This document shows, one piece after another, positions 46,255 to 56,751 of a stretch of 64,000 bases of DNA. Each line of letters opens with the position of its first letter. Position 1 is the stretch's first letter. The notes beneath the pieces are model-generated. The model had not been told where the DNA came from, did not search any database, and saw only the letters and a program-made list of their open reading frames with translations. Source of the DNA: a virus; IMG/VR virus record IMGVR_UViG_3300036832_001295, positions 1-64,000 of that record, one strand, 5' to 3'. The position numbers were made by a program, and so were the translations under genes.

Positions 46255-49200
46255 TCAACCCTCGTCCTCTTCGGTGTCGTCCTCGTCCATGTCGGTCTCG
46301 CCCCGGGAGCCCTGATCCCCCAACCCGGGGGTGGGGGTGTTGATCTGCCGGGTTTGCAGCCGTTCACCGGGTTGGGTGGGGGTGTTGATGCCGCGCTGCT
46401 CGGCGGGCTGCATCGGGCGTTGCTTGACCAAGCCCTCCCAGGTGTTGGCGCGGTACTCGTCCTCGGACAGCCCGGACGGGTTCTCCGGGGTGGGTTGGCT
46501 CAACGTGCGGCCCCCGACCCGTTGCGGGGCCATGTTCGGCGGGGCGGCGTTCGGAGCCGCCGGGGCGGGGGCTGCGCTCGGCCCGCCGGTCCCGGGTGCG
46601 GCGTCCCCGCCGGGGGTCGCGCCGGGTGGTGCGCCCGCGCCCGTGTCGTTGGCGGGCGGCACCGCCGGAGGCAGCGAGGCAAGCAACGACCGGGAGAAGA
46701 ACTGCGGGGCTTGCTTACCTTCGTACAACCACGGGAACTCCCGTTCGTGGCTGCCCTGCCCGTAGAGGTCGTCGTGGGCATGGATCCAATGCTGGTCCTG
46801 ATGGTCGCTGGCCATCGCCCGCGCGATGCCTTCGGCCGGGTGGCTGACCACCGGCCCGCACGCCTCGCAGGTGACCCGGTAGTTCTCGCCGGGGTGTTCC
46901 GGGTGCCAGATGGTGGTTTTCGGGTGTGGCACCGCGGCCAGCTTGGAGACCTTCGCCGACCACGCCCCGTCGCCGCACTTGTGGCTGCCGTTGTGCAGGT
47001 GTTCCAGGTGCTCTTCCTCCTCGCCGCCCGCCGCGGTGTGCCACCGCACCGGCATCCGGCAGTGGTCGCAGTGCCCGACGATCAACCCGTCGGTGGCGGC
47101 CCGCTTGGAGTACCGGGACGGGCCGGTCGGGTTGGACCGCAGGAATTGCATCTGCTCCGGGCTGGACTGTTCCCGGATGGACTGGAACAGCGGCCCGATC
47201 ACCTGCCGGTTGTGGTTGTTCTCATTCGCCATGTGCTCGTGCGCCAACCGGTAACCGCGCTGGTAACCCTCCGATTCGTCCTTGAAGTCCTGCTGCCCGC
47301 GCCAGTCGAAGTTGCGGGTGGCGTGGTGCATCGCGTCGGAGTAGCCGTCCCGCTCGTCCTCCTCGTGCACGGTGTCCGGCGGGCCGGTGGTGTACCGGTT
47401 CATGTACGGGTACAGGCCTTTGCCCATCACGTCGGCGGTGGCCGGGTGCTGACCCCATTCGTAGGCGGCCTGGCGGCTCAGCCGGGTGACGCCTTCCCGG
47501 GCGAAGTGGCCGTGCTCGCGGCAGGCCGGGTTGACATGGCAGGTGCCTTCGCTGTCGTAACGGCAGGTGCAGTCGTCCTCCTCATTGGCAGGCGGCTGCC
47601 GTTCCTCGTTGCGGTACCCGGCACCGGGTGGGACCGGTGGCCCGCTAAGCGGGTACCCGGCGCGGCGGGCGAAAGGGCGCGGCCCCAGGGCGGCTTCCTT
47701 CTCCTCGCCGACCTTCGGTTCGCCGTACTGCTCGGCCCAGTGATTGATGTGTTTGACCACGGTGGCCCGGTCGTGTTTGGTGCGGCCGATGTCGTGCTTG
47801 GCGTTGCGGACATCCTCCGCGGAGTTGATCGGGAAACTGCCGTCACTAAGCGCGTGGCCGGACTCGGCGGCCTTGTCCCGCTGCTCCTGGGTGAACTCCT
47901 TGGCCCAGTACACCAACCCGTCACGGCGGGCGGCGGTGAACGGGTAGTCCTCCCGGCCGAAGTGGGTGTCGGTCGCGTCGGCGTGCCCGTGGATGGTCCG
48001 TATCGCCGCCCGGTAGGCCGACTGTTGACCACCCCGGCCGTACTCGTGGTGGCCGATCTTGTCCCCGGCGTAGGTGTGCGGGATGTACACCCCGTGCCCG
48101 CCCTCCTCATCATGAAAATGTTCGAGGCGGTACCGGTTGTCCGCGTCGTAGCCGGTCCCGGCGTGGATGATCTCGGAGTCGAAGGCGGCCTGCCGCCGCA
48201 ATGCGGCCCGGTGCCAGGCGGACTCCTTCTCCGCCGACTCGGAGGCCCCGGGCACGTTGACGTACAACGCCTTCTGGTGGCGGCGGGCCTGCTCGCGGGT
48301 GGCGTACCCCTTCTCTTCCTTCTTCTCGCCCTTGTCGTTGACGACGAAGAACCGCCCGCCCTCCTCCTTGATCCGGTACGGGGCGTGTTCACCGCCGCCG
48401 GGCGCGGTGTGCCGCATCCCGGTGGCACCGCGCGAGTAACCCTGCCCGTCGACCTGGCCCATCGCGCTGCCGGAGGACTGTTCGGGTGGGACGTCGCCGT
48501 AGAAGTCGTCGGTCCGGTTGTCGGTCTTCGGTTCGATGCCTTCGGCCGGGTCGACCGGGAAACCGGAGGTGGCGGACTGGTCGCCCATCGCGAAATAGCT
48601 CGGGTTCGGCCCCGGGGTGGGTGCGGCCCCTTCGACCCCCGTGTGCCGGGAGGCGTGCTTGACGGCGCGTTCCACGGACTGGTCCAGGCCCGCCTTGGCG
48701 TAGTCGTACTCGGACTTCAACGCCCCGATCGGGTGCCCCGCCGCCTGCGGGTGGGTGTCGTGGTGGAAGGCGTTGATGCCGCAGGTGGCGCAGTAGCGCG
48801 GCGTGCGGTCGGCCTTCTCCATGATCGACTTGGCGGTGGCCAGTTCACGCAGCGCGTTGTTGCGTTGCGCGTGCGGGTTGGGGCCCTGGTAGTTCGGGTT
48901 GGTCGGCGGATCGCCGGAGTTGTGCGTCATCTCGTGCCAGACGTCGCCGCCATGCCAGTGCTGATCCATGTACGCCTTGGCCTCGCCGGGGGTGTGCACG
49001 ATGTCCCAGGTGGATTCGTTGGAGACCGCCGGGCTACCTTTTGGGATCTGCCCGCCGCAGTGGTCACACCAGGTGTCGGCCCCGGCCGGGTGCGAATGCC
49101 AGTGGTTGGAGGGCAGGTCGCCGGGGGTGGCGTTGCCGTAGTCGTCGCCTTCCAGGTAGCCGCCTGCCGCGCTGCGCCGGGACCCGGTGGCGGCGTTGCC

Positions 49201-50082
49201 CCCGGGCGGGGGTGCGCCTTGCGGCAGCCCGGTGGCGGCGTTGGGCGGTTGCGGCCATTCGGTGCCCGGCGTGACGGCCCACACGCCGGGGGTGAGTTGG
49301 CGTTGGTAACCGACCTGGGAGCGTTGTTCACCTTCGGCCAGGTCGACCGGGAAACCGTCCGGGCCGAGGTTGGTGCCGGGTTGGGTGACCCCGCCGCCGG
49401 TCGAGGGGGCCGGTTGTGGATCCGGGTAGTGCGAGTAGCGGGCCGCGTCGGAGGGGTCGGGGGTGAACAACCCGACCCGGATCCAGCGCTTGGATTCGGC
49501 GTCGTAGAACTCCTGCCCGGCCTGCACGGGCGGGAACAGGGCACCTTCGACGTGGTGGCCGTCCAGGTAGATCGGTAACCCGGCCGGGAGGCCGAACTGG
49601 CGGGCGTAGTCCATCGCCTCGTCCTTGGCCGAGGCGCGGGTCAGCGTCTTGACCCAGCTTGGGGAGGCGACGTGGTCGACCTGGAAGTACTCGTCCTCGC
49701 CGCCGCCGTGCGCATGTACGTGCACGTAGGAGCGCGGCAGTTCCTCGTGCCCGGCGGGGGACCGGGCCGCGGTGACGCGCAACGCTGCGGTACGGCCCAC
49801 CGCGGCCTGTGCGGCACGTTCGGCCGACAAGGTGCGGTAGTCCTCCCGCAATCGGGCCAACACATCGTCCAAGGCGTCCGGGGCGACCTTGGCGACCACA
49901 TCCGGCAGGACGAGGTCCAACCGGTGCCCGAACTCCTCCTCGCTGCCCGCGGCGGCCAGGAACGGCCAACACCCGGAAAGCGCCACCCGGGCCGCGATGA
50001 CCGCTTCGTGGTGTTGGCGGGCGACGACGTCGGTGTTCGCCTCAGACCACATCGCGGTGAAGGCGAGTTCATTCACAGGCAT
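46255..50082 (-). CDS. large modular head-associated protein
   Basis: 1275 aa; CWPFLAAAGSEEEFGHRL N-terminus, ALSDGSFPINS..DVRNA module, several Cys/His clusters. Confidence 0.75.
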   Translation of the reverse strand: MPVNELAFTAMWSEANTDVVARQHHEAVIAARVALSGCWPFLAAAGSEEEFGHRLDLVLPDVVAKVAPDALDDVLARLREDYRTLSAERAAQAAVGRTAALRVTAARSPAGHEELPRSYVHVHAHGGGEDEYFQVDHVASPSWVKTLTRASAKDEAMDYARQFGLPAGLPIYLDGHHVEGALFPPVQAGQEFYDAESKRWIRVGLFTPDPSDAARYSHYPDPQPAPSTGGGVTQPGTNLGPDGFPVDLAEGEQRSQVGYQRQLTPGVWAVTPGTEWPQPPNAATGLPQGAPPPGGNAATGSRRSAAGGYLEGDDYGNATPGDLPSNHWHSHPAGADTWCDHCGGQIPKGSPAVSNESTWDIVHTPGEAKAYMDQHWHGGDVWHEMTHNSGDPPTNPNYQGPNPHAQRNNALRELATAKSIMEKADRTPRYCATCGINAFHHDTHPQAAGHPIGALKSEYDYAKAGLDQSVERAVKHASRHTGVEGAAPTPGPNPSYFAMGDQSATSGFPVDPAEGIEPKTDNRTDDFYGDVPPEQSSGSAMGQVDGQGYSRGATGMRHTAPGGGEHAPYRIKEEGGRFFVVNDKGEKKEEKGYATREQARRHQKALYVNVPGASESAEKESAWHRAALRRQAAFDSEIIHAGTGYDADNRYRLEHFHDEEGGHGVYIPHTYAGDKIGHHEYGRGGQQSAYRAAIRTIHGHADATDTHFGREDYPFTAARRDGLVYWAKEFTQEQRDKAAESGHALSDGSFPINSAEDVRNAKHDIGRTKHDRATVVKHINHWAEQYGEPKVGEEKEAALGPRPFARRAGYPLSGPPVPPGAGYRNEERQPPANEEDDCTCRYDSEGTCHVNPACREHGHFAREGVTRLSRQAAYEWGQHPATADVMGKGLYPYMNRYTTGPPDTVHEEDERDGYSDAMHHATRNFDWRGQQDFKDESEGYQRGYRLAHEHMANENNHNRQVIGPLFQSIREQSSPEQMQFLRSNPTGPSRYSKRAATDGLIVGHCDHCRMPVRWHTAAGGEEEEHLEHLHNGSHKCGDGAWSAKVSKLAAVPHPKTTIWHPEHPGENYRVTCEACGPVVSHPAEGIARAMASDHQDQHWIHAHDDLYGQGSHEREFPWLYEGKQAPQFFSRSLLASLPPAVPPANDTGAGAPPGATPGGDAAPGTGGPSAAPAPAAPNAAPPNMAPQRVGGRTLSQPTPENPSGLSEDEYRANTWEGLVKQRPMQPAEQRGINTPTQPGERLQTRQINTPTPGLGDQGSRGETDMDEDDTEEDEG

Positions 50083-50088
50083 CCGAGA

Positions 50089-50379
50089 TCACCTCAGTGT
50101 CGTCGTATCCACGTCGGGGCCTTGCTGGTGCGGCACCGGCTGGCCGGGGTGGATGGGCCGGTCCAGCATCGGATCCTCGGTGACCGGGACGCCGTACGGG
50201 CCTTGTGCGGAGTTGTACGGGGCGGGCCCGCCGGGTGCGGCCGGGTCCAGGCCGTCGGTCTGGGGCGGTGGTTGACTGATGACCGGGCGGCGGGTCGGCC
50301 AGGGCACCTCGTGATGCACCTGGGCGTCCGGGTCCAGGTCCGCCATGGCTCGTAGTGCCGCCCGGTAGTCGATGCTCAT
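50089..50379 (-). CDS. hypothetical Pro-rich protein
   Basis: 96 aa; ATGA-coupled. Confidence 0.65.
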   Translation of the reverse strand: MSIDYRAALRAMADLDPDAQVHHEVPWPTRRPVISQPPPQTDGLDPAAPGGPAPYNSAQGPYGVPVTEDPMLDRPIHPGQPVPHQQGPDVDTTTLR

Positions 50380-52952
50380 TGCCGGGTAAGCATCCGGTTG
50401 CGGGTGGCGATCAACCGCTGCTGCCGGACGATCTCCTCCTGGGCGGCGGCGATGAACGGGTCACTCGACCCGGAGGTGGTCAACCGGGGGCCGGACTCGG
50501 ACGCACCTTCGTCGTCCTGGGTGGGTTGGCCGGGTTGCCAGTTCTGGCCGGGGTTGTTGGTGTAGTCGAGCGCCTCCTGATGCCCGTAGGGCAGGTGCGG
50601 GGCGTTGGGTTCGTCGCCGCCGTAGTTGTAGACCGGGTTGGGTTGGCCCAGGTTGGTCGACCCGTCGTAGCCGCTCGGGGCGGACTCACCGGGGTAGTCG
50701 ATGCCGCGCCCGCCCATGTCCCCGACCCAACCGGAGTTGTCCCGCCCGCCGGTCCGGGAGGCGGCCACACTGCCGCCTGCCCCGCCACCACCGCCGGGTG
50801 CGCCGGGACGGCCCTGCGGGCGGGCCTGGATCTGCTGCTCGGCCTCGTTGACGGTGTTCTGGACCGCGTCCGGCCCCCAGCCGACGATCGGGAACGCGAC
50901 GTCGGGCGGGTACGGGGCGGACTGGCCCGGCGCGGGGGTGACACCGGGGGAGTCGTCGGCGTTGACGATCTGGTCGATCTGCGGAAGCCCGCTGTAGGCC
51001 AAGGTGCGGACGGCAACCTTGCCGAGGCCGCCGCAGGTCGGGCACTGGGCGTGCTCGGTCATGGTGTGCTCCTTCGCGGTGTGGGTGATGCCGTCTGGTT
51101 CGTTGTCGTGGTAGGCCGCGCCGACCGGGAAGCCTGCCCTGCCCCCGGAGGCCGCATCGGAGACCGGCCGGTGACCTGCGCCGTTGTCCTCGGTGGTGGG
51201 GTCGGAGGCACCGAGGCCGGGGTCGTTCGGGTCGACCACGGACGCCCCGTCATAGCCGGTGAAGCCCTGCAACTCCTGCAGGGCGGGCGCGCGGTTGGAG
51301 TCGGTGGCCGGGTCAAGCACCGCGGTGGCCGGGTGCCGGGCCTGGGCGGCGTAGTCGCGGGCGTAGTCGTCGTACGGGTCGTCACCGAAGATGTTCTCGA
51401 CCAGCGCCTCATCCCGGCCCGCGTCGGGCACTTGGGCCGCGGTGACGTCGAACCCGGCCAACAAGGCGGACAGGTCCGTGTTGGGCAGACCCGGGTCGGC
51501 GTTGTCCAGGTGCGGGTCGTGGCCAGGGCCCAGGTGGCCCAACACGGCAAGCCGGGTGCCGCCGCCGGACAGCTGGCGTTGCACGTGCGCCTGGGTCAAG
51601 CCTTCCAGCCCGGACGTGTCGGTGCCCGCCCACAACGGCCCCCACACGGTGTGCCCGGGCAGCTGCTCCTTGTAGAAGCGGTTGCGTTCGGCTTCCCGGG
51701 CGGCCTGGTTGCGTTCGATCTCCTCGTGTTCGGCCTGGGACATGCCGCCGTCCTGCCCGCCCTTGTCCTTGCCGCCCTGCCCGCCCTTGTCCTGTCCGCC
51801 CTTGCCGCCAGGTGGCTGCTTGCCGCCCGGTGGTGTGGTCGTGCCGCCTCCGCCGTCGCCTGGTGGGCTGGGTGGCGGGGTCAGGGTCGGCGGGTTGGTG
51901 GACAGATCCCAGCTGCCCTGCTGCCCGGACGGGATGATCGGGTTGGGGGCCAGGGTCGGGGTGTTCTGCGCCCGGGTCGGGACGTGCTGTTCAGACGGGG
52001 CCGGGGTGGGCGGTGGCAGGTGCGGGTTGATGGCGTGCTGCATCTGCTGCAAGGCCGGGTTGACCCGGTGCTGCACCTGGCTGCCGTGGGACGGCTCGGG
52101 CTCGGGCTCGCTGCGCAAGGCCCGCAGCCGCTCTTCCAGGTTCGCCCCGGTGGCGTGCAGGGCGGCCTGCCTGCGCCCGGTGACCGGGGCCATGTCGTCC
52201 AGGTCCTCGCCCTGCCCTGCCGTGCCCGGCTCGGGTTGGCCGCTCGCGTCGGTGCCCGCGGGCCTGGCGGCGGCCTGCCCGGACAGGGCCCGGTCCACCT
52301 GGGCCTTGCTGTCCTGGTCCAGGCTGCTGATCGGCCCCCCGGCAGGCAGGGTGGACTTGTGCCCTTCCCCGCCGCCGGGCATGCCAGGCAGCTTGGGCAT
52401 GCCGCCCAACCCGCCGCCTGCCTCTGCCCCGCCTGCCTCTGCCCCACCGGCAAGCTCGGGCAGTAGCTCCACCGCTGCCGCTGCCGCCGTTCGTGCCCAC
52501 CTGGCCCGTAACCGGTCGGCCTCGGACAGGAACGCCGCCTGCGCGTGCTCGGCCCACTGGCCGTGGGTGGAGGCCTGGCGGCGGGCCAGCCCGTGCGCTT
52601 GGACGGCGTACTCGTCCGGGTCGGCCTTGACCACGTCCGGCACCCGGTCGAACCAGGCCACTGCGGTGGCGATCAGGGCGTGTTCGGCCTCGGCCTGGCT
52701 GCTGGTGTGCCAGCCCGCGTCGGCCACCTCGGTCAACCAGTCGGTGGCCGCGGTGTGGTGTTCGTGCACGTGCCCGGGGACGACGGCGGCGGGGATGTGG
52801 GTCAGGTCCAGGGCGCGGGCGGCGTCGTGGGCTGCCATCCGGGCGGTGCGGGCCGCCTCTGCCGCTGCGGTCCAGTGCGCCTGGGCGGGGTAGTCGTGGG
52901 CGGCGGCGGCCAGCGCCAGGCACTGCGCCTCACTCAGGTCGGTGTCGGTCAC
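50376..52952 (-). CDS. large low-complexity head-associated protein
   Basis: 858 aa; HEHHTAATDWL, VKADPDEY..QAHG, CPTCGG.G. Confidence 0.7.
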   Translation of the reverse strand: MTDTDLSEAQCLALAAAAHDYPAQAHWTAAAEAARTARMAAHDAARALDLTHIPAAVVPGHVHEHHTAATDWLTEVADAGWHTSSQAEAEHALIATAVAWFDRVPDVVKADPDEYAVQAHGLARRQASTHGQWAEHAQAAFLSEADRLRARWARTAAAAAVELLPELAGGAEAGGAEAGGGLGGMPKLPGMPGGGEGHKSTLPAGGPISSLDQDSKAQVDRALSGQAAARPAGTDASGQPEPGTAGQGEDLDDMAPVTGRRQAALHATGANLEERLRALRSEPEPEPSHGSQVQHRVNPALQQMQHAINPHLPPPTPAPSEQHVPTRAQNTPTLAPNPIIPSGQQGSWDLSTNPPTLTPPPSPPGDGGGGTTTPPGGKQPPGGKGGQDKGGQGGKDKGGQDGGMSQAEHEEIERNQAAREAERNRFYKEQLPGHTVWGPLWAGTDTSGLEGLTQAHVQRQLSGGGTRLAVLGHLGPGHDPHLDNADPGLPNTDLSALLAGFDVTAAQVPDAGRDEALVENIFGDDPYDDYARDYAAQARHPATAVLDPATDSNRAPALQELQGFTGYDGASVVDPNDPGLGASDPTTEDNGAGHRPVSDAASGGRAGFPVGAAYHDNEPDGITHTAKEHTMTEHAQCPTCGGLGKVAVRTLAYSGLPQIDQIVNADDSPGVTPAPGQSAPYPPDVAFPIVGWGPDAVQNTVNEAEQQIQARPQGRPGAPGGGGGAGGSVAASRTGGRDNSGWVGDMGGRGIDYPGESAPSGYDGSTNLGQPNPVYNYGGDEPNAPHLPYGHQEALDYTNNPGQNWQPGQPTQDDEGASESGPRLTTSGSSDPFIAAAQEEIVRQQRLIATRNRMLTRQ

Positions 52953-54030
52953 GGCCCTGCTCCCCTGCTCGGTGGCGTTGCCCTCTACCCCTTCGCGGGC
53001 GGGCAGCCCCAGGCAGGCAGGGCGGCGGGGTGGGGGCGCTTGCGCCGGGGCGGGCCGTGCCGGGGCCAGGCTGGCCGTTGGCAGGCTGGGGCGGCGTGGT
53101 CGCGGCTCGGGTAGGCCGTGGCGGCTGCGGGCCGTTCAGGCTGTCGCTGGTCGGTCCGGCGCACCGTGCCTGGTCGGCCTGACCTGCCCTGATCAGGCCG
53201 TCTGCCATGATCCACTGGCCGCTGACCCTGGACCACTGGTCGAGGCCGGTGTATGGGAGTGGGTTTGACGACGGATTTCGTTGTTCACAGGTGATATACA
53301 GCTACACCATTATGGTTGAAGGCTTCAAAGCGTCTTCTCAGCTGGGCACAACTGATTCCGCAGCTTTAGCGGGTTTCGGACGTGTGATCAACAGTGCTAA
53401 CCGGAGGTGGATCTTGATTCGCTGCCAGGTCGCCTGGGGGTTGGGGAGCGGCTGTCGGACGGCTCTGCCCCCGGTGATTGCTGGGGTGGACGGGTCGGGG
53501 CGCTAACCGGAGGGTCAAGATCCAACAGCGGGGGTTCTGGGGGGTGGTCGGCGGCTGCCTCGCGCGGGCGTGAAACAGGCCAAGTGGGGAGCGGAGTGCC
53601 TCTGGGTAGGGATGAGGGGGGTCGCTGGGGGGTCGGAGTGGGGCGGAATGGCCGGGTATAAAGGCATGTACCCCAGCAAACACGGGCGGTTGGTCGGTAT
53701 CCATTGATCACTTGGGGGGTTCCTAACAGCCCGGTGGTGGCCGGTGGTGGCTGCTGCTACCGTGCCGGGGTCCCCGCGGGGGCCGTTCCGTTTCGGGTCC
53801 CCTCGTTGCCGGTCCCTGCGGGGGCCGCCCGCCTGCGGGGCCTGTGGCCGGGGGGTGCTCCCGTCCTCGCCAGCTGCTCTCTTGCTGGGGCCCTGGTGAG
53901 GTGTGGGACAACGAACTACCCGGGGTGGGGTCCCTGGACGCCGGATCCGGCAGGGACCCGTTCAGGGCCGCGCCGGGGGGTGTCTCTCGCTGTGCAATTG
54001 GCAAGGTTCAGGCGGGGGTGGTTACGGGGC

Positions 54031-54417
54031 CTACTGGGCCAGCAGCCAGGAGAAGTCCGGTACCTCACCGCGCAGCACCGCGACCACCAGCCGCAGATCC
54101 ATCGTGGTGGCCCCGTCGGCGGTGCCCTCCGCGAGGACCCGGTTCAGAGTGTCCTCGACGCTCTGCCACAGATACTGCGGCAACGCGACCGGCGCGATCG
54201 GGGAGTCCTGCGGCTCCGGCAGGGGGCCGCAGCTGACCGCGAACGGGTCCACGGTGGTCCAGTGCTGGGACCCGTCGGCGGTGCGTACCACCCAGGTGCG
54301 GGCCTCAACCAGCACCGTCGGGGCCAACTCGCCCAGCACATCCACCTGCACGCCGTTGAACATGCCGCGGGTTCCCTCGGCGTACCGGCTCGCCCGGTCG
54401 GTGTCGTTATTGGTCAT
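54031..54417 (-). CDS. hypothetical early protein
   Basis: 128 aa; AGGAG RBS in an A/C-rich leader. Confidence 0.65.
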   Translation of the reverse strand: MTNNDTDRASRYAEGTRGMFNGVQVDVLGELAPTVLVEARTWVVRTADGSQHWTTVDPFAVSCGPLPEPQDSPIAPVALPQYLWQSVEDTLNRVLAEGTADGATTMDLRLVVAVLRGEVPDFSWLLAQ

Positions 54418-54461
54418 GATCAGTAACTCCTGTCAGTAGTTGATGTTGATGGTGGGTGGTG

Positions 54462-54490
54462 CCGCAAGGCCCCCGGAGGGGGCCCTGCGG
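54462..54490. terminator. GC-rich hairpin
   Basis: CCGCAAGGCCCCC-gga-GGGGGCCCTGCGG just past the stop of the 54498 gene. Confidence 0.55.
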
Positions 54491-54497
54491 GTGAGCC

Positions 54498-55493
54498 TCA
54501 GGCCGCTTCCGGGGTCCGCTCGGTGATCTCGAACTGGGTCGGGCGGGAGTAGAAGCCGAAGCTCGGGTCCTTATCGGAGACCTTCACCGCGGCGGCGAAA
54601 CGAACCTTGTCGCCCTTGCTGGTCTCGAACGCTGAGGGCTCCGTGCCGTACACCCGGGTCCCGTCGGCAAGCTCGACAAGCATCTTCCAGGTGGTCCCGC
54701 CGTGGTAGCTGTACGGGTCCTCCACCTCTTTGCGGGAGATGATGGTGCCCTCGATGACCTGACGCTTGCCGGTGACCTGAAGCGTCGCCGCGGGAGCCTC
54801 GTCGGCCTTGACCGTCATCCGGTCCAGGTAGGAGTCCCACTTGGACTCCTGCTCGGCCACGATCCGCGCCACCAGCGCGATCTGCTTGTCCGAGGCCTCC
54901 CCGTACTTGCGGGACTTGGCGGCGATGTCGGCCATCGTGTGCAGGCCCCAGGTCAGCCCGGAGGCGAGCACGTAGTCGTCGGCCGCGAGCCGGGAGTCCC
55001 GCACCGGACGCAGGGACCCGGCGCGAGCCAGGTCGTGGGACTCCTGCTCCATGCCGATCTCGATGTTGTGCGAGTAGGTGGCGTAGGCCATCGCGGGGTG
55101 CTCCTCGCAGAGGACCCGGAACGCGGACAGCTTGGCCTGGCGGGCCCGGTCCAACGCGGCCTGCTTGCGGAGCTTGTCGAACTCGGGCTTGCTCATCGCG
55201 AACCGGCCGTCCAGGCAGGTCTCGCCGATCCAGATCCACTGCTTGGCGTCCTCGCGGACCATCAGCGCCGCGTAGCGGATGTAGGCCCCGCAGTGCCCGC
55301 ACTGGCCCATCCCGTGGGCCCCGCAGCGGAAACCACGCGCGATCAGGTCGTTGATCAACTTGAGCCGGTAGGCGACCGAGGTCGGGTTCGGGTAGTCCGG
55401 GTTCAGGTCGAACACGCCCGCCAGGCTGTAGGCAGCCGGGTCGAATTCCGGGGCCGAAGGCCGGTGGATGTCGTTGCGCTCGATGGTGGTCAT
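54498..55493 (-). CDS. early protein with Zn-finger-like N-terminus and OB-fold-like C-terminus
   Basis: start ATG 55493; CGHCG...IGETC; IEGTIISRK...KGDKVRFAA.V...FGFYSRPT. Confidence 0.7.
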   Translation of the reverse strand: MTTIERNDIHRPSAPEFDPAAYSLAGVFDLNPDYPNPTSVAYRLKLINDLIARGFRCGAHGMGQCGHCGAYIRYAALMVREDAKQWIWIGETCLDGRFAMSKPEFDKLRKQAALDRARQAKLSAFRVLCEEHPAMAYATYSHNIEIGMEQESHDLARAGSLRPVRDSRLAADDYVLASGLTWGLHTMADIAAKSRKYGEASDKQIALVARIVAEQESKWDSYLDRMTVKADEAPAATLQVTGKRQVIEGTIISRKEVEDPYSYHGGTTWKMLVELADGTRVYGTEPSAFETSKGDKVRFAAAVKVSDKDPSFGFYSRPTQFEITERTPEAA

Positions 55494-55532
55494 GGTGGTG
55501 GCTCCCAGTAAGAGTGAGTAAGTGATGGTCCC

Positions 55533-55588
55533 ATTATAGGCACACCGTTTCCGGGGTGTCCACTTCCTGGGTCCCAAAGTTTGTTGTG
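55533..55588 (-). promoter_or_regulatory. repeated early promoter
   Basis: CACAACAAA...TGGACA-18-TATAAT. Confidence 0.75.
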
Positions 55589-55681
55589 ACCTGGGTCACC
55601 GCTCGGTGGGGGCCTCGACGCGGGGGTAGTGCCGCGACCTGACACCCAGCAGCGCGATGCTCCACAGCGCGAGTAGCTCCC

Positions 55682-55921
55682 TCATGAGGGCACCTGCGCA
55701 CGTAGCACCGGCTCGTGCCGCTCATCGGCCCGGGGGCCCAGCAGCAGCGGTTCCTTGTCCGGGCAGTCCCGCGGGTCCCCCTCGGGCGAACCGTCCTCCC
55801 AGTACAGCCAGCCGTCATCGGCGGGAAACTGGAACAGCACCTGACCGCAGTACAGGCACACCACGTCAAGCTCCTCGGCCAGGTACCGACCGGTGCGGCG
55901 CGGGATGTGGGTGGTGCTCAT
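55682..55921 (-). CDS. small Cys protein
   Basis: 79 aa; CLYCG; ATGA coupling. Confidence 0.55.
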   Translation of the reverse strand: MSTTHIPRRTGRYLAEELDVVCLYCGQVLFQFPADDGWLYWEDGSPEGDPRDCPDKEPLLLGPRADERHEPVLRAQVPS

Positions 55922-56052
55922 CGAGACTCCTCACGCAGCACCCGGCCCGCGGAGGGCCGGTGGTAGCGCTTGCGGTTGCGGTGCGGGGTGGCCGCATTGC
56001 TGCGGCGCACCTCCTGCACCTTGATGATCTTGGTCTGGGGCTGCTTGCTCAT
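55918..56052 (-). CDS. small basic protein
   Basis: 44 aa; RRSNAATPHRNRKRYHR. Confidence 0.55.
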   Translation of the reverse strand: MSKQPQTKIIKVQEVRRSNAATPHRNRKRYHRPSAGRVLREESR

Positions 56053-56054
56053 GA

Positions 56055-56393
56055 TCAGGAGTCCTCCCGGTAGAGGGCCAGTGCGTAGGAGGTGGTCGCC
56101 TCGGTGCGCACCCCCACCGGCAGCTGCGCGGGCTTGGTGTGCGCGATAGCACCCGGCTTGAACTCCTGCATCATGATGGTGAGTTCCTCGTCCACACCGC
56201 CACCGGGGAACCGGAAGGTCCACTCGTAGGGGCCCTCCTCCCACAGGATGGTGGGCCGGGGGCCCCAGCCCAGGTCGGCGTCCATGACCAGCGTGGGACC
56301 CGCCTCGGGCCGCTCCGGGTCGCAGTACCCGGCGAAGGTGCGACGCACCGCGGCCAGTACCTGCTCGGCCTGCCGCTTGGTGACCGCGCTCAT
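56055..56393 (-). CDS. hypothetical early protein
   Basis: 112 aa; ILWEEGPYEW. Confidence 0.7.
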   Translation of the reverse strand: MSAVTKRQAEQVLAAVRRTFAGYCDPERPEAGPTLVMDADLGWGPRPTILWEEGPYEWTFRFPGGGVDEELTIMMQEFKPGAIAHTKPAQLPVGVRTEATTSYALALYREDS

Positions 56394-56641
56394 CGGGCGG
56401 TGCCCCAGCGGGAGCCCGCCAGACGCTCGGTCTCGGTGACCTCGGCGCGCACGTTGCGGAAGGTGTAGCTCTCGCCCACCGTGATGTTGTAGGCCAGCGT
56501 GCTGACCCCCAGCGCCGCCAGCGTGGCAGCGGGAGTGTTCAGCCAGGCGTCGCGCTCGGCCCCGGTGAGGTCCAGGTTCACCTGGGACTGGTCGCCGTCG
56601 GCGGTGATGAAGGTGACCTTGACGTTGTGGGTGGTGGTCAT
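56390..56641 (-). CDS. hypothetical early protein
   Basis: 83 aa; GAGGAGCC RBS. Confidence 0.7.
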   Translation of the reverse strand: MTTTHNVKVTFITADGDQSQVNLDLTGAERDAWLNTPAATLAALGVSTLAYNITVGESYTFRNVRAEVTETERLAGSRWGTAR

Positions 56642-56680
56642 GATGGCTCCTCGTATCAGTGAGTAAATGTTGACGGTTTC

Positions 56681-56734
56681 ACCATAACGGTTGCGGCTGG
56701 ATTACCGCAACCCTACGGCGTAAAGTTTGTTGTG
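56681..56734 (-). promoter_or_regulatory. repeated early promoter
   Basis: CACAACAAA...TTGCGG-18-TATGGT. Confidence 0.7.
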
Positions 56735-56751
56735 GTCTGCGTCACACAGGC

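Noticed and set aside
46090-49578. Long plus-strand ORFs (also 39484..42369, 2920..4752, 5544..7568, 50355..52466)
   Set aside because: Antisense shadows of recognisable minus-strand genes in GC-rich DNA.
52990-53200. Possible third GGY-NN array (contains GGCAGGCAGGGC)
   Set aside because: The period-5 register is not sustained beyond two or three units.
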